A stretch of DNA of 64,000 nt, from NCBI GenBank assembly GCA_021414205.1, contig JAIOOW010000003.1:195370-259369 (forward strand), written 5' to 3'. A program made the position numbers and the translations under genes. The stretch is from Candidatus Anderseniibacteriota bacterium (GTDB taxonomy: Bacteria > Patescibacteriota > Andersenbacteria > UBA10190). The notes under the pieces are model-generated. The model searched no databases. It was not told the DNA's origin and saw nothing but the letters and a program-made list of their open reading frames with translations. This document shows, piece by piece, positions 1 through 10,772 of this stretch (its first letter is position 1; every line of letters starts with the position of its first letter).

Positions 1-1
1 G

Positions 2-523
2 GAGGCATCTTCAAATTTGGCGCGATACGATGGGTTGCGATACGAGGTCGGAGAAGAGCGGATTGAAGCATTGCTCGATCACTATAAAAGAATTCGCGGC
101 GAAGGGTTCGGGCCAGAAGTAAAGCGTGCAATTTTAATGGGAACATATGCGTTATCGAGCGGATATGTTGAGGAGTGGTATGGGAAAGCATCGAAAGTGC
201 GAACATTGATTAGAAGGGAGTATGAACAAGCATTTCAAGAGGTCGACGTTATTGTAGGGCCCGTATCTCCGGAACCAGCATTCTTGCTCGGAAGCAAATC
301 TTCTGATCCACTCGCGATGTATTTAGCTGATGCGTATACGGTGCCAGTCAGTGTTGCCGGATTGCCTGCAATGTCAGTTCCGTGCGGAATGACGAAAAAT
401 AATTTACCTGTTGGTTTGCAAATTATCGCATCGCATTTTCAAGAAGAAACAATGTTTCAAGTTGCATCCGCATTCGAGGACGCGCACGAATATAAAAATC
501 TTTCTCCAAAGTTACCTCAGTGA
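2..523 (+). CDS. gatA: Asp-tRNA(Asn)/Glu-tRNA(Gln) amidotransferase subunit A, 3' part (5'-truncated by the window)
   Basis: EASSNLARYDG, GFGPEVKRAILMGTYALSSGY and MYLAD..TVP..AGLPAMSVPCG..LPVGLQII are GatA C-terminal motifs. Confidence 0.95.
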   Translation, partial: EASSNLARYDGLRYEVGEERIEALLDHYKRIRGEGFGPEVKRAILMGTYALSSGYVEEWYGKASKVRTLIRREYEQAFQEVDVIVGPVSPEPAFLLGSKSSDPLAMYLADAYTVPVSVAGLPAMSVPCGMTKNNLPVGLQIIASHFQEETMFQVASAFEDAHEYKNLSPKLPQ

Positions 524-2107
524 CGGCAGGAGCGATACGCCTGTCATTTGTGCCGGTTTTTCTATGGAAAGAATATCTAAAATAGTTGGCGCAACGTCAG
601 ATAATACGCCGATCGGTTTCGATATAATTTGATGCATTTCAGTTTCGCTTTTTGGTGCAGATCGTTTGAATTGCTGTGCTACTACGTGAACGATGACCGG
701 GTTCGTTGTGTGATCGGTTTCAATCGCATGAGTTGTGGGGTTGATCATTTCTTCTGCGTTCCCATGATCTGCCGTTATCAGCATTGCGCCATTATGCGAG
801 AATACCGATTCTTGAATTCGTGCAATGCACGTATCCACGAAGCTGCACGAAGTAACTGCTGCATCGAAATTTCCCGTATGCCCGACCATATCCGCGTTTG
901 CGAAATTAATAAAATAAATATCGTAATTGTTTTTATTAATTTCTTCTATTGCTTTGTCTGTTATTTTTTCCGCTTGCATTAGAGGCTCTTCGGAGAAATC
1001 GGAAACGCTTGAAGAGGGGATCATGACTCGGTCTTCGTTCGGATATGGCTGTTCGTTTCCGACATTTAAGTAATACGTTACATGCGCGTATTTTTCTGTT
1101 TCTGCGATATGGAATTGTTTTAAATGTGCATCCGCAAGCACTTTAGCTAGTGGATTACTCGCGATATCTTCGATGTATGCAGAGGGGCAATCGAATGTAT
1201 CGTCGTATTTTGCCATTGTGGCAAAGTAGAGATTTTGTAATGGTGTTATCGGAAAGCCTGCTTTGCTTGGTTCTATGAATGCTTGGGTAAGTTGGCGAGC
1301 GCGGTCTGGTCGAAAATTAAAGAATATAACAGCGTCGTTATCTTTAATATGCGTTACTGGTTCGCCTCCGCGCGTAAGGGTGGTTGGCGCTATCTTCTCA
1401 TCAAAAATACCGTTTTTATACGAACGGGCGATTGCGCTTGAGGCGGAAGCAGCCCCTTCTCCGCGAGATTTTCCGGTCAGCATGTTATAGGTGCTTTCCG
1501 TTCGATCCCAATTATTATTTCTGTCCATCGCATAAAATCTTCCTGTTACGGATGCGATCTTTCCAACGGCGAACTTGCCAATCGCATCTTCTAGTCGGTT
1601 GATAAAAATAGGAGAGCGTTGTTTTCCGGTATCTCGCCCATCGGTGAACATGTGGATATACACGCGCTCATGCATGCCTTGCTGTGCACATGTTTCTAGA
1701 AGGGCTATAAGGTGCCTCAAGTGCGAATGAACGCCGCCATCGGAAACCATTCCCATAAGATGAAGGTTTGAATGATTTTTTTGGACGTGTTCTATCGCAT
1801 TTAAGAAGACGGGGTTGGTATAAAACGTTTTATCCTGGATTGCTTTATCTATTTTAGGGAGTACTTGATACATGACCCTGCCCGCGCCGATATTGCGGTG
1901 TCCGGTTTCAGAATTCCCAACTTCGCCCCAGGGCAATCCTACTTCTACTCCGGAAGCAGATATTGCCGCGCTCGGATAATTTTTTATATACTCGTCCATC
2001 GTCGGCGTGTGTGCAGTTGCGATTGCGTTTCCTTCTTTTGCAAGACTAATACCCCAGCCGTCCAGAATAATTACGACTAACGGTTTTGGAGGAGCTTGAA
2101 ATCGCAT
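512..2107 (-). CDS. gpmI: 2,3-bisphosphoglycerate-independent phosphoglycerate mutase
   Basis: ILDGWG, GNSETGH, GGVHSH, DGRD, AETEKYAHVT, DMVGHTG and TADHGNAE motifs. Confidence 0.97.
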   Translation of the reverse strand: MRFQAPPKPLVVIILDGWGISLAKEGNAIATAHTPTMDEYIKNYPSAAISASGVEVGLPWGEVGNSETGHRNIGAGRVMYQVLPKIDKAIQDKTFYTNPVFLNAIEHVQKNHSNLHLMGMVSDGGVHSHLRHLIALLETCAQQGMHERVYIHMFTDGRDTGKQRSPIFINRLEDAIGKFAVGKIASVTGRFYAMDRNNNWDRTESTYNMLTGKSRGEGAASASSAIARSYKNGIFDEKIAPTTLTRGGEPVTHIKDNDAVIFFNFRPDRARQLTQAFIEPSKAGFPITPLQNLYFATMAKYDDTFDCPSAYIEDIASNPLAKVLADAHLKQFHIAETEKYAHVTYYLNVGNEQPYPNEDRVMIPSSSVSDFSEEPLMQAEKITDKAIEEINKNNYDIYFINFANADMVGHTGNFDAAVTSCSFVDTCIARIQESVFSHNGAMLITADHGNAEEMINPTTHAIETDHTTNPVIVHVVAQQFKRSAPKSETEMHQIISKPIGVLSDVAPTILDILSIEKPAQMTGVSLLPSLR

Positions 2108-2145
2108 GAATTGTATTATAGCACGCGCGCCTTTTAGCTTTGATG

Positions 2146-2217
2146 TAGCGGGAGCTGGGATTGCACCAGCGATCTCCTGGTTATGAGCCAGGCGAGATAC
2201 TACTTCTCCATCCCGCG
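2146..2217 (-). tRNA. tRNA-fMet (CAT), initiator type
   Basis: Reverse complement CGCGGGA...CTCATAA...TCCCGCT-A folds as a cloverleaf with a C1:U72 mismatch; CCA not encoded. Confidence 0.9.
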
Positions 2218-2300
2218 ATAAACACTGTGCAGGGACTATACCAGAAAATTATTTTTTTTGCCAGTGTGTTGTCAATAAACTGTAACAATTTACTTTTCTA

Positions 2301-2495
2301 AACTATTGCGGCAAGAGCTTGTCAGGGCAATAGTGGAACTACGGCCACAGGGGAGTTTTCAGCAGATATGATGCACACAAAATCATATAGCTCGTAAACG
2401 TACTTTTTGTGAGTCCTAAGAAGCATCCGGCCTCTTCGCCACTTGGCGAATAGAGAAACCGGCTTAACAACCCGCCAATTCGGCGGGTTGTCCTA
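2301..2495 (+). ncRNA. Candidate structured ncRNA (five consecutive hairpins plus a terminal GC-rich hairpin)
   Basis: No ORF in the track; stems actattgc/gcaatagt, ggaact/agtttt, atatgat/atcatat, gctcgtaaa/tttgtgagt, tcgcca/tggcga, caacccgcc/ggcgggttg; mismatches resolve as G-U on the + strand. Confidence 0.45.
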
Positions 2496-2525
2496 TTATA
2501 AATACTCTGTATAATGGCCTGTATT

Positions 2526-2599
2526 GGTGACGTAGCTCAGTCGGTTAGAGCGTGGGACTCATAAGCCCGAGGTCGGAGGTTCGATTCCTCCCGTCACCA
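2526..2599 (+). tRNA. tRNA with CAT anticodon (elongator Met, or Ile2)
   Basis: GGTGACG...CTCATAA...TTCGATT...CGTCACC-A cloverleaf; TATAAT just upstream. Confidence 0.92.
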
Positions 2600-2648
2600 C
2601 AATAAAAAGGCTATATAGCAAAAAATATCCAATCAATCATACAAATAC

Positions 2649-2677
2649 TTGACTTTTTATAAAAAAAAGAGTATTAT
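2649..2677 (+). promoter_or_regulatory. sigma70-like promoter TTGACT-17-TATTAT
   Basis: Near-consensus hexamers with a 17-bp spacer upstream of a structured leader and orphan ORFs. Confidence 0.65.
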
Positions 2678-2828
2678 ATCATTGTTTCGTGAGGACTGAG
2701 AGGTCTTTTACAACATGGTGCGAAGCAGGTGAGCCCGCTATTGGCGGTGTCAGTGATCTTTTTCGCTGGTCGCCAGTACCGGGCTTACCAAAGTGGTAAG
2801 TCTTTGAAGTAAAAAACGGAGGTGTGGC

Positions 2829-3026
2829 ATGTTTGTTGTTATTCAGTTTGTTCATCCATCGTTGAGAAGCGCCGTCATAGTACCGGTTCAAAAAGGGCGA
2901 CTCCCTGAGTCGGTATGGGCTGCTCCGCGCATCAACTTCGACATTCTGGGTTTGTTTTCTCAATGGTATGACGCAGCATCCGCTGCTGTCACAGCTCGTC
3001 TTGTGTATCGCACAGTAGCCGAGTAA
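2829..3026 (+). CDS. Small hypothetical protein (65 aa)
   Basis: GGAGG SD 6 nt before the ATG; downstream of a promoter. Confidence 0.6.
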   Translation: MFVVIQFVHPSLRSAVIVPVQKGRLPESVWAAPRINFDILGLFSQWYDAASAAVTARLVYRTVAE

Positions 3027-3150
3027 ATTCTGTGTTTTGCTGAACATTAAAATCGAGCGGTCTTTATCATTTTGATACTGACCGCTTTTCTCTTGGATTC
3101 GCAACAACGCGTTGTGGATCAAAGTGGAAAAATAATACAAAGGGTTTGCG

Positions 3151-3528
3151 ATGTCGTTTCATTGTTTGCTTGATAACGTTCAGGCGGGCGAGATGCTGCG
3201 AGACGTTTCTCAGTGGGAAACGTCAGTCGTGTGTCTATCTTTTGCACTCGAGTTTTGGGCTATGGGCACAAAACACGGAGTAGGCACTACAGAGAAAGCA
3301 CAAGAAAAGCTTCAGAAAGTGTTTGTGCTGATGGAGCTTTCCAGCCGACTGGATCTGATGGCGAGAAACCATTTTGGCTTTTTGCCAACTAAGAATCGAG
3401 TTTGGCGGGGCAAGGAGGCGCGCCACGGTAATTTCGTCGGAGCTCTGGCGACGGTTCTTTGTCAGAAGTTTCAGCTTGGTACATTTGAAGAGTTGTTTCG
3501 AGCTCATCTGAAAATTGTCGGGCTTTGA
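3151..3528 (+). CDS. Hypothetical protein (125 aa)
   Basis: AAGGG before the ATG; followed by terminator cagtcggcgccc/gggtgtcgactg plus a T-run. Confidence 0.6.
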   Translation: MSFHCLLDNVQAGEMLRDVSQWETSVVCLSFALEFWAMGTKHGVGTTEKAQEKLQKVFVLMELSSRLDLMARNHFGFLPTKNRVWRGKEARHGNFVGALATVLCQKFQLGTFEELFRAHLKIVGL

Positions 3529-3627
3529 GGAGGTTCTTTGATCATTGTAAGCAGTCGGCGCCCTTGGGTGTCGACTGTTTTTCTTTACTTTTACCCTATA
3601 GTTTTGTATTGTAGGAAAACATATATT

Positions 3628-3701
3628 GGGCCTGAAGTGTAACGGTTTTGCATGTCTCCCTGTCACGGAGAAGGCAGCGGGTTCGACTCCCGTCAGGCCC
3701 G
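3628..3701 (+). tRNA. tRNA-Asp (GTC)
   Basis: GGGCCTG...CTGTCAC...TTCGACT...CAGGCCC-G cloverleaf. Confidence 0.92.
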
Positions 3702-3718
3702 CCTGTATAATAGATAGT

Positions 3719-4132
3719 ATGACAGTTCGTTTATTCGGCATTGGCACTTTTGCCACATTCTTGTTCTCAACTGGTATTTTAGCGCTCATAATAAGCTGGG
3801 TTGACCCAACCAGTAATGCCAGCGCGCTTGCGATTATATTGTTTTTTCTCGCATTGTTTTTGTCGATCGCGTCATTGTTTTCATTGTTGGGGTACGGAGC
3901 TAGAGCGCTTGTTATTCAGGGTCAGCATCCGGCGCACCGTGTTCGGCCATCGCTTCGCCAAGGGTTATTTTTTGGCATATTTGTGGATATTCTCCTATTC
4001 TTACAACTAGAGAGAATTCTGGCATGGTGGGTGGCAGGGATTATTATTCTTTTATTTGCAGTAGTTGAAATGGTATTTATTTCATATGACAAACATGGAG
4101 CAACAACTCGAGGAACTATCGAAGAAAGCTAA
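3719..4132 (+). CDS. Hypothetical membrane protein (about 4 TM)
   Basis: Hydrophobic helices and an SLRQG motif; start reset to the ATG 7 nt after TATAAT because the longer ORF runs through tRNA-Asp. Confidence 0.8.
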   Translation: MTVRLFGIGTFATFLFSTGILALIISWVDPTSNASALAIILFFLALFLSIASLFSLLGYGARALVIQGQHPAHRVRPSLRQGLFFGIFVDILLFLQLERILAWWVAGIIILLFAVVEMVFISYDKHGATTRGTIEES

Positions 4133-5126
4133 TGGCGAACTCTCAAGTTGCGAAGATGCACAGGCTCTTGAGGCGTGGCGTGTTGCGTATATTGGAAGAA
4201 GCGGGGCCGTATCGGAATTATTGCGAGGAATAAAGGATTTATCTGACGAAGATAAAAGAGTAATAGGGAAGAATGGAAATGCATTGCGACGAGAACTGGA
4301 AGAAAGGTATCAAGAAAAATTACATGTGTTAGAAAAAGCGTCGTCGGGCCGAGGCGTACAAGCTACAAGCTATGATCTAGAGGCTGGGGTAGGCCACCTG
4401 CATCCTCTTACGCTGACAATGAGCCGCGTGCACGAAATTTTCGCATCGTTAGGATTTATAATTGCAGATGGTCCGGAAGTTGAAGAAGCAAAGTTTAATT
4501 TTGATTTATTAAATATTCCAGCAGAGCATCCTGCTCGCGGAGAAGGGGATACGTTCATGGTCGATCCGCTTTCCGTGAACGGTGCTGAGGGTTTGGTGTT
4601 GCGCACGCAGACATCGCCTATGCAAATTCGCAGCGTTGAGGCAATGCGCTTGCATCCGCCGTTTTCCGTCATTGCGCCTGGGCGGGTATTTCGAAAAGAA
4701 AAAGTGGATGCGACACATGAATCCACGTTCTATCAGTTCGAAGGATTGTCAGTGAGTGAAACGACAAGTATCGCGGATTTTAAATTCATTATAGAAACGT
4801 TTTTTTCTACATTTTTTAATGCGGAAGTTACTATTCGACTTCGTCCGTCATATTTCCCATTCGTAGAACCGGGGTTTGAAGTAGATATGAGCTGCCCGTT
4901 CTGTAAAACGGGATGCAAGGTTTGCAAGTATTCAAAATGGATTGAAGTCATGGGCGCCGGCATGGTGCATCCGAATGTGCTCAAGAATATGAATATCGAT
5001 CCGGAAAAGTATCAGGGGTTTGCATTCGGCGGGGCTATTGATCGCCTTGCGATGATCCAATACGGCATCAATGATATTCGCTTATTCTGGAGCGGGGATG
5101 TTCGGTTTTTAAGGCAATTTTCTTAA
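4086..5126 (+). CDS. pheS: Phenylalanine--tRNA ligase alpha subunit
   Basis: HLHP, HPARG..DTF, LRTQTSP, RPSYFPFVEP and GAGMVHP motifs. Confidence 0.97.
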   Translation: MTNMEQQLEELSKKANGELSSCEDAQALEAWRVAYIGRSGAVSELLRGIKDLSDEDKRVIGKNGNALRRELEERYQEKLHVLEKASSGRGVQATSYDLEAGVGHLHPLTLTMSRVHEIFASLGFIIADGPEVEEAKFNFDLLNIPAEHPARGEGDTFMVDPLSVNGAEGLVLRTQTSPMQIRSVEAMRLHPPFSVIAPGRVFRKEKVDATHESTFYQFEGLSVSETTSIADFKFIIETFFSTFFNAEVTIRLRPSYFPFVEPGFEVDMSCPFCKTGCKVCKYSKWIEVMGAGMVHPNVLKNMNIDPEKYQGFAFGGAIDRLAMIQYGINDIRLFWSGDVRFLRQFS

Positions 5127-5127
5127 T

Positions 5128-7545
5128 ATGAAACTTTCTACCAATTGGATTAAAGAATTAGTGCCCGGTTTGCAATTGTCTGGGTTAGAAATTGCGGAGC
5201 TTTTGACGAACCATAGTTTTGAAACTGTTGTTGAGCATCAGTATGTAATTGATCCAGCTATTACTGTTGCGCAGATTCTGAAACTAGAACAGCATCCGAA
5301 TGCAGATCGATTGCGGCTTGCCACAATTACCGATGGGGAGAATGAAATTCGCGTGGTGTGCGGCGCTCCGAATATTTCAGAAGGGGATGTTGTTCCGTAT
5401 TCTCCGCCTGGCACCAAAGTATATGACGAAGATGGAAAACTGTTTGAATTATCTGTTGCGAAAATTCGAGGCGTCGAAAGTCCGGGGATGTTGAATTCTG
5501 CGCGAGAGCTTGGGTTGTCGAACGACCATGGCGGTATTTTCTTGCTTCCTAAAGATACTCCGCTCGGAACAAAATTATCTGAATATATTGCAGGCGATAC
5601 GCTGCTTGAAGCAGATATTTTGCCTGATCGTGCGCATGACTGTTTGTCCCATATCGGAGTTGCAAGAGAGGTTGCCGCTCTTACAAAGCTTTCTGTTCAA
5701 GAGCCAGAAACGATGGAACTCCCCGAAGCGTCTGAGCAGGTTGATGGCTGGAATGTGCGGATAGAAAATCCGGCAAGCGCATCCCGTGTTATGGGGATTG
5801 TATTCGAGGGTGCACAAGAAGGTGCGGAAACGCCGATTGTTATGCAAGCACGGTTACTTTCTCTTGGCGCTCGGCCCATTAACCCGATAGTCGATTGTAC
5901 GAACTATGTCATGTTTGAATATGGCCAACCATCGCACGCATACGATCAGGCAAAATTGCAGGGTAAGAACATTGCGGTAACAGAAACGAAAAGCGAAGTA
6001 TTATTCTCGGCACTTAACGGAAAACTATATCAGCCGGCACATGGCGACCTGCTTATTGAGTGCGAAGGCGAAACTATCGGCCTTGCAGGTATTGTCGGGG
6101 GGACGAGTTCGCAGGTTGATAACGCCACCAACAATATATTTTTAGAAGTTGCTACGTTTAATGCGTTCGCAATTCAGCAGGCAAGCGCGCATATCGGCCT
6201 TCGAACAGAAGCTGCAAGCAGATTCTCAAAAGGCATTAGCCCTGTTGTTGCCGGTGTTGCTTCGTCTCGATTAGCGCAGCTTATAATATCGCTTACGGGC
6301 GCGCAGATGCGCGGCGTAATCGATACAAATCCTGAGATGCAAACGCCGAAACCCATTATGTTCCGCCCGGCACGCGTGTCTGCATATGCTGGAACTGAAA
6401 TTTCCGCGGACATTTCAGAAGATATTTTAATGCGGTTAGGATTTTCAATTGAAAAAGCCTCTGAAGATCAGTGGGAGATTATTGCTCCTGCGCAGCGCCT
6501 TGATATTCTAGGCGAACATGATCTTATAGATGAAGTAGTTCGCGTGCACGGCTTGTCTGTAATTGCAGAATCAGACATCGCAATGCAAGCGCCTGCTGTC
6601 GCCGTGTCTGACGAAGTTTACTGGATGCATCAGGTTCGAGAAAAGCTTGTGGAGCTTGGGTTTACGGAAACATACAGCTATTCATTTGAAGATGAAGTAT
6701 TTGCAACGTTGGTGAATTCGGAAATTCATCCTCATGTGGAGCTACTTAATCCAATGGCTCCGGAGTTGAAAAAGCTTCGCTACTCTATGCTTCCGGGATT
6801 GCTATCTGCCATGATTACAAGTCGAGATGAAATGCATCGAGATAAAAATGGAGTTGAGCGCGCACTGTTTGAAATCGGGCGCGTATACCATGTCGGAGAT
6901 ACTGGGGTGGTGCCAGGCGTTATCGAGCGAAAAGTCATTGCTGGTATTTCTGTTGGCAGCGAAGATAGGTTGCAAGAAGTAATGGATGCATTTGTTGCTC
7001 AATATAATCTCGCGCCGCTTGATGTTCGTGAAGTTGAAAAGCCGTTCGGGAAGTGCCTGCAATATTCGTACGCAGGAGAATTTTTCGGAATCGGATACGT
7101 GTTTAGTGCCGAGCTGCTTAAGAAAATGAAATATCGCATGCCCGTTGTTGCGTTCGAAGTAAGCGTTGCTGCGCTTATGAAGCACGCACCAGATGTCGAA
7201 ATTCCTGTCCGTTCGTTGCAAGAAGTACGTGATAATTTCAAAATGCCGAATCAATTTATGGAACTTCCAAAATTTCCATCTGTATTTCGAGATATTTCTA
7301 TTCTTGTACCGAGTGATACGGGAGTAGATGCCGTTGAATCTGCAATTGATCAAGTTGGCGGGGAGTTGGTTGTTGATGTGGATGTATTCGATGAATTTTC
7401 TCAGGATGGGGACGATACGAAAAGCTTGGCGTTTCATGTCGAGTATCGATCGCCAGATAGAACGCTCACCGATAAGGAGATTTCCGAAATCCACAAAAAG
7501 ATAGAACATGCGCTAAAGCATCAGTTTTCTGCGGAAATTCGCTAA
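5128..7545 (+). CDS. pheT: Phenylalanine--tRNA ligase beta subunit
   Basis: HPNADRL, VVCGAPN, RGVESPGM, DRAHDCLSH and a C-terminal FDX-ACB domain (RTLTD.EI). Confidence 0.97.
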   Translation: MKLSTNWIKELVPGLQLSGLEIAELLTNHSFETVVEHQYVIDPAITVAQILKLEQHPNADRLRLATITDGENEIRVVCGAPNISEGDVVPYSPPGTKVYDEDGKLFELSVAKIRGVESPGMLNSARELGLSNDHGGIFLLPKDTPLGTKLSEYIAGDTLLEADILPDRAHDCLSHIGVAREVAALTKLSVQEPETMELPEASEQVDGWNVRIENPASASRVMGIVFEGAQEGAETPIVMQARLLSLGARPINPIVDCTNYVMFEYGQPSHAYDQAKLQGKNIAVTETKSEVLFSALNGKLYQPAHGDLLIECEGETIGLAGIVGGTSSQVDNATNNIFLEVATFNAFAIQQASAHIGLRTEAASRFSKGISPVVAGVASSRLAQLIISLTGAQMRGVIDTNPEMQTPKPIMFRPARVSAYAGTEISADISEDILMRLGFSIEKASEDQWEIIAPAQRLDILGEHDLIDEVVRVHGLSVIAESDIAMQAPAVAVSDEVYWMHQVREKLVELGFTETYSYSFEDEVFATLVNSEIHPHVELLNPMAPELKKLRYSMLPGLLSAMITSRDEMHRDKNGVERALFEIGRVYHVGDTGVVPGVIERKVIAGISVGSEDRLQEVMDAFVAQYNLAPLDVREVEKPFGKCLQYSYAGEFFGIGYVFSAELLKKMKYRMPVVAFEVSVAALMKHAPDVEIPVRSLQEVRDNFKMPNQFMELPKFPSVFRDISILVPSDTGVDAVESAIDQVGGELVVDVDVFDEFSQDGDDTKSLAFHVEYRSPDRTLTDKEISEIHKKIEHALKHQFSAEIR

Positions 7546-7590
7546 AAATACCCCCTGGCGCCCATCCTCCTTTTCTGCTACTGTTCTTAA

Positions 7591-9537
<1,947 letters not shown>

Positions 9538-9628
9538 ATTTGCGTTTTTCGCTTTTCTGTTGCATACAGAGGAGTGCTGTTGTGCTGTTTTGATTGATCG
9601 GAGTGTACGTTTTCAAGGAGAGAGGGTT

Positions 9629-10675
9629 ATGTTCGCTGCAGATTATTACGGTGCTCCGCATCAGAATGTGCTGAACGCAATCGGCAGTCTTGCGAGCAAT
9701 TGGGGACGAGGTGCCTACGGGGGCGATGAGCTGACTCGCGTTGCGCAACATGCGGTGCGGGAAAGGTTTGGACTTTGCGACGATGCAGGAGTCTTCTTTG
9801 TTCCGACTGGAACAGCGGGAAACTTGCTTGCAACCGCCACGCTCGTTCCGCATCCGTGGCAAGCTCTTATGTGTGTAGAAAATGCGCACATGACGAAGTA
9901 TGAAGCAGGCGGTCCGGAAAGCCGAGGGCACAAGATTATTCCATTGCCCCATAAGCATGGAAAAATTGATATTCTTCGCGCGCGAGGGATCGTGCATGCA
10001 ATGCGGCAAGATACGCACCAAGTGAATCCCGGAATGCTTGCAGTCGCAAATGCTACAGAGCTCGGGACTGCATATAAACAGAAAGAGTTGTACGCATTCG
10101 GGCAGTTCGCAACGGATTGCAATATTCGACTCCACATGGATGGGTCTCGGCTTGGGTACGCCATGATGGCGACTGAGTTGCCTGAAATATTCAGGAGCTA
10201 TGGATTCGACACCCTGATGCTCGGGCTTACCAAAGTCGGGGCGCTGGATGTGGACGTTCTGATCGTGGCGGACCCGGTACTTGCTCGAACGGTTGCGGTG
10301 TACTATCACAAGCAATGTGGATACACGCGAGCCCGGATGCAGGGGGCCGCGGTTCAGGTGAGCGCAATGCTGCAAGATGATCTGTGGTTGAAGAATGCCT
10401 CTCGTGCGAACCAAATGGCCGTATATCTACGGGATACGCTCTGGAAGAGGCTGCGCGTGGATGCAGCATACCCGGTAGAAACAAATGCATTGTTTGTCAA
10501 AGTTCCGCCCAAGGTTGCGCAGGCGCTTAAAGAAGGCGGCTGGGCATATATCTGGACAGATCCGTGGGAAAACGACGACGGGTGTGTGGTTCGGTTTATG
10601 ACATCGTGGGCGACGACAGACGAGCATGTCGATGAGCTGCGTGCGTTTCTCGAGCAAGAGATGTTTCATAAGTAG
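9629..10675 (+). CDS. Low-specificity L-threonine aldolase family PLP enzyme
   Basis: FAADYY, AYGGD, PTGTAGN, HMDGSRL, GLTK (PLP lysine) and VRFMTSWAT; SD-rich leader AAGGAGAGAGGG. Confidence 0.85.
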   Translation: MFAADYYGAPHQNVLNAIGSLASNWGRGAYGGDELTRVAQHAVRERFGLCDDAGVFFVPTGTAGNLLATATLVPHPWQALMCVENAHMTKYEAGGPESRGHKIIPLPHKHGKIDILRARGIVHAMRQDTHQVNPGMLAVANATELGTAYKQKELYAFGQFATDCNIRLHMDGSRLGYAMMATELPEIFRSYGFDTLMLGLTKVGALDVDVLIVADPVLARTVAVYYHKQCGYTRARMQGAAVQVSAMLQDDLWLKNASRANQMAVYLRDTLWKRLRVDAAYPVETNALFVKVPPKVAQALKEGGWAYIWTDPWENDDGCVVRFMTSWATTDEHVDELRAFLEQEMFHK

Positions 10676-10688
10676 TAGTTTTTTGGTC

Positions 10689-10722
10689 GAACCGCCGGCA
10701 TACGGATGCATGGCGGTTTTTT
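10689..10722 (+). terminator. Intrinsic terminator
   Basis: aaccgcc...ggcggtt stem followed by a T-run. Confidence 0.65.
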
Positions 10723-10772
10723 CTTTAAAAAATCGTATGGTATTTGTTCTGCGCACCTGCTAGGGTGTAAGT

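Noticed and set aside
2301-2495. RNase P RNA, tmRNA or SRP identity for the structured intergenic regions
   Set aside because: No GAGGAAAGUCC motif, no tRNA-Ala-like ends and no SRP helix-8 signature on either strand by eye.
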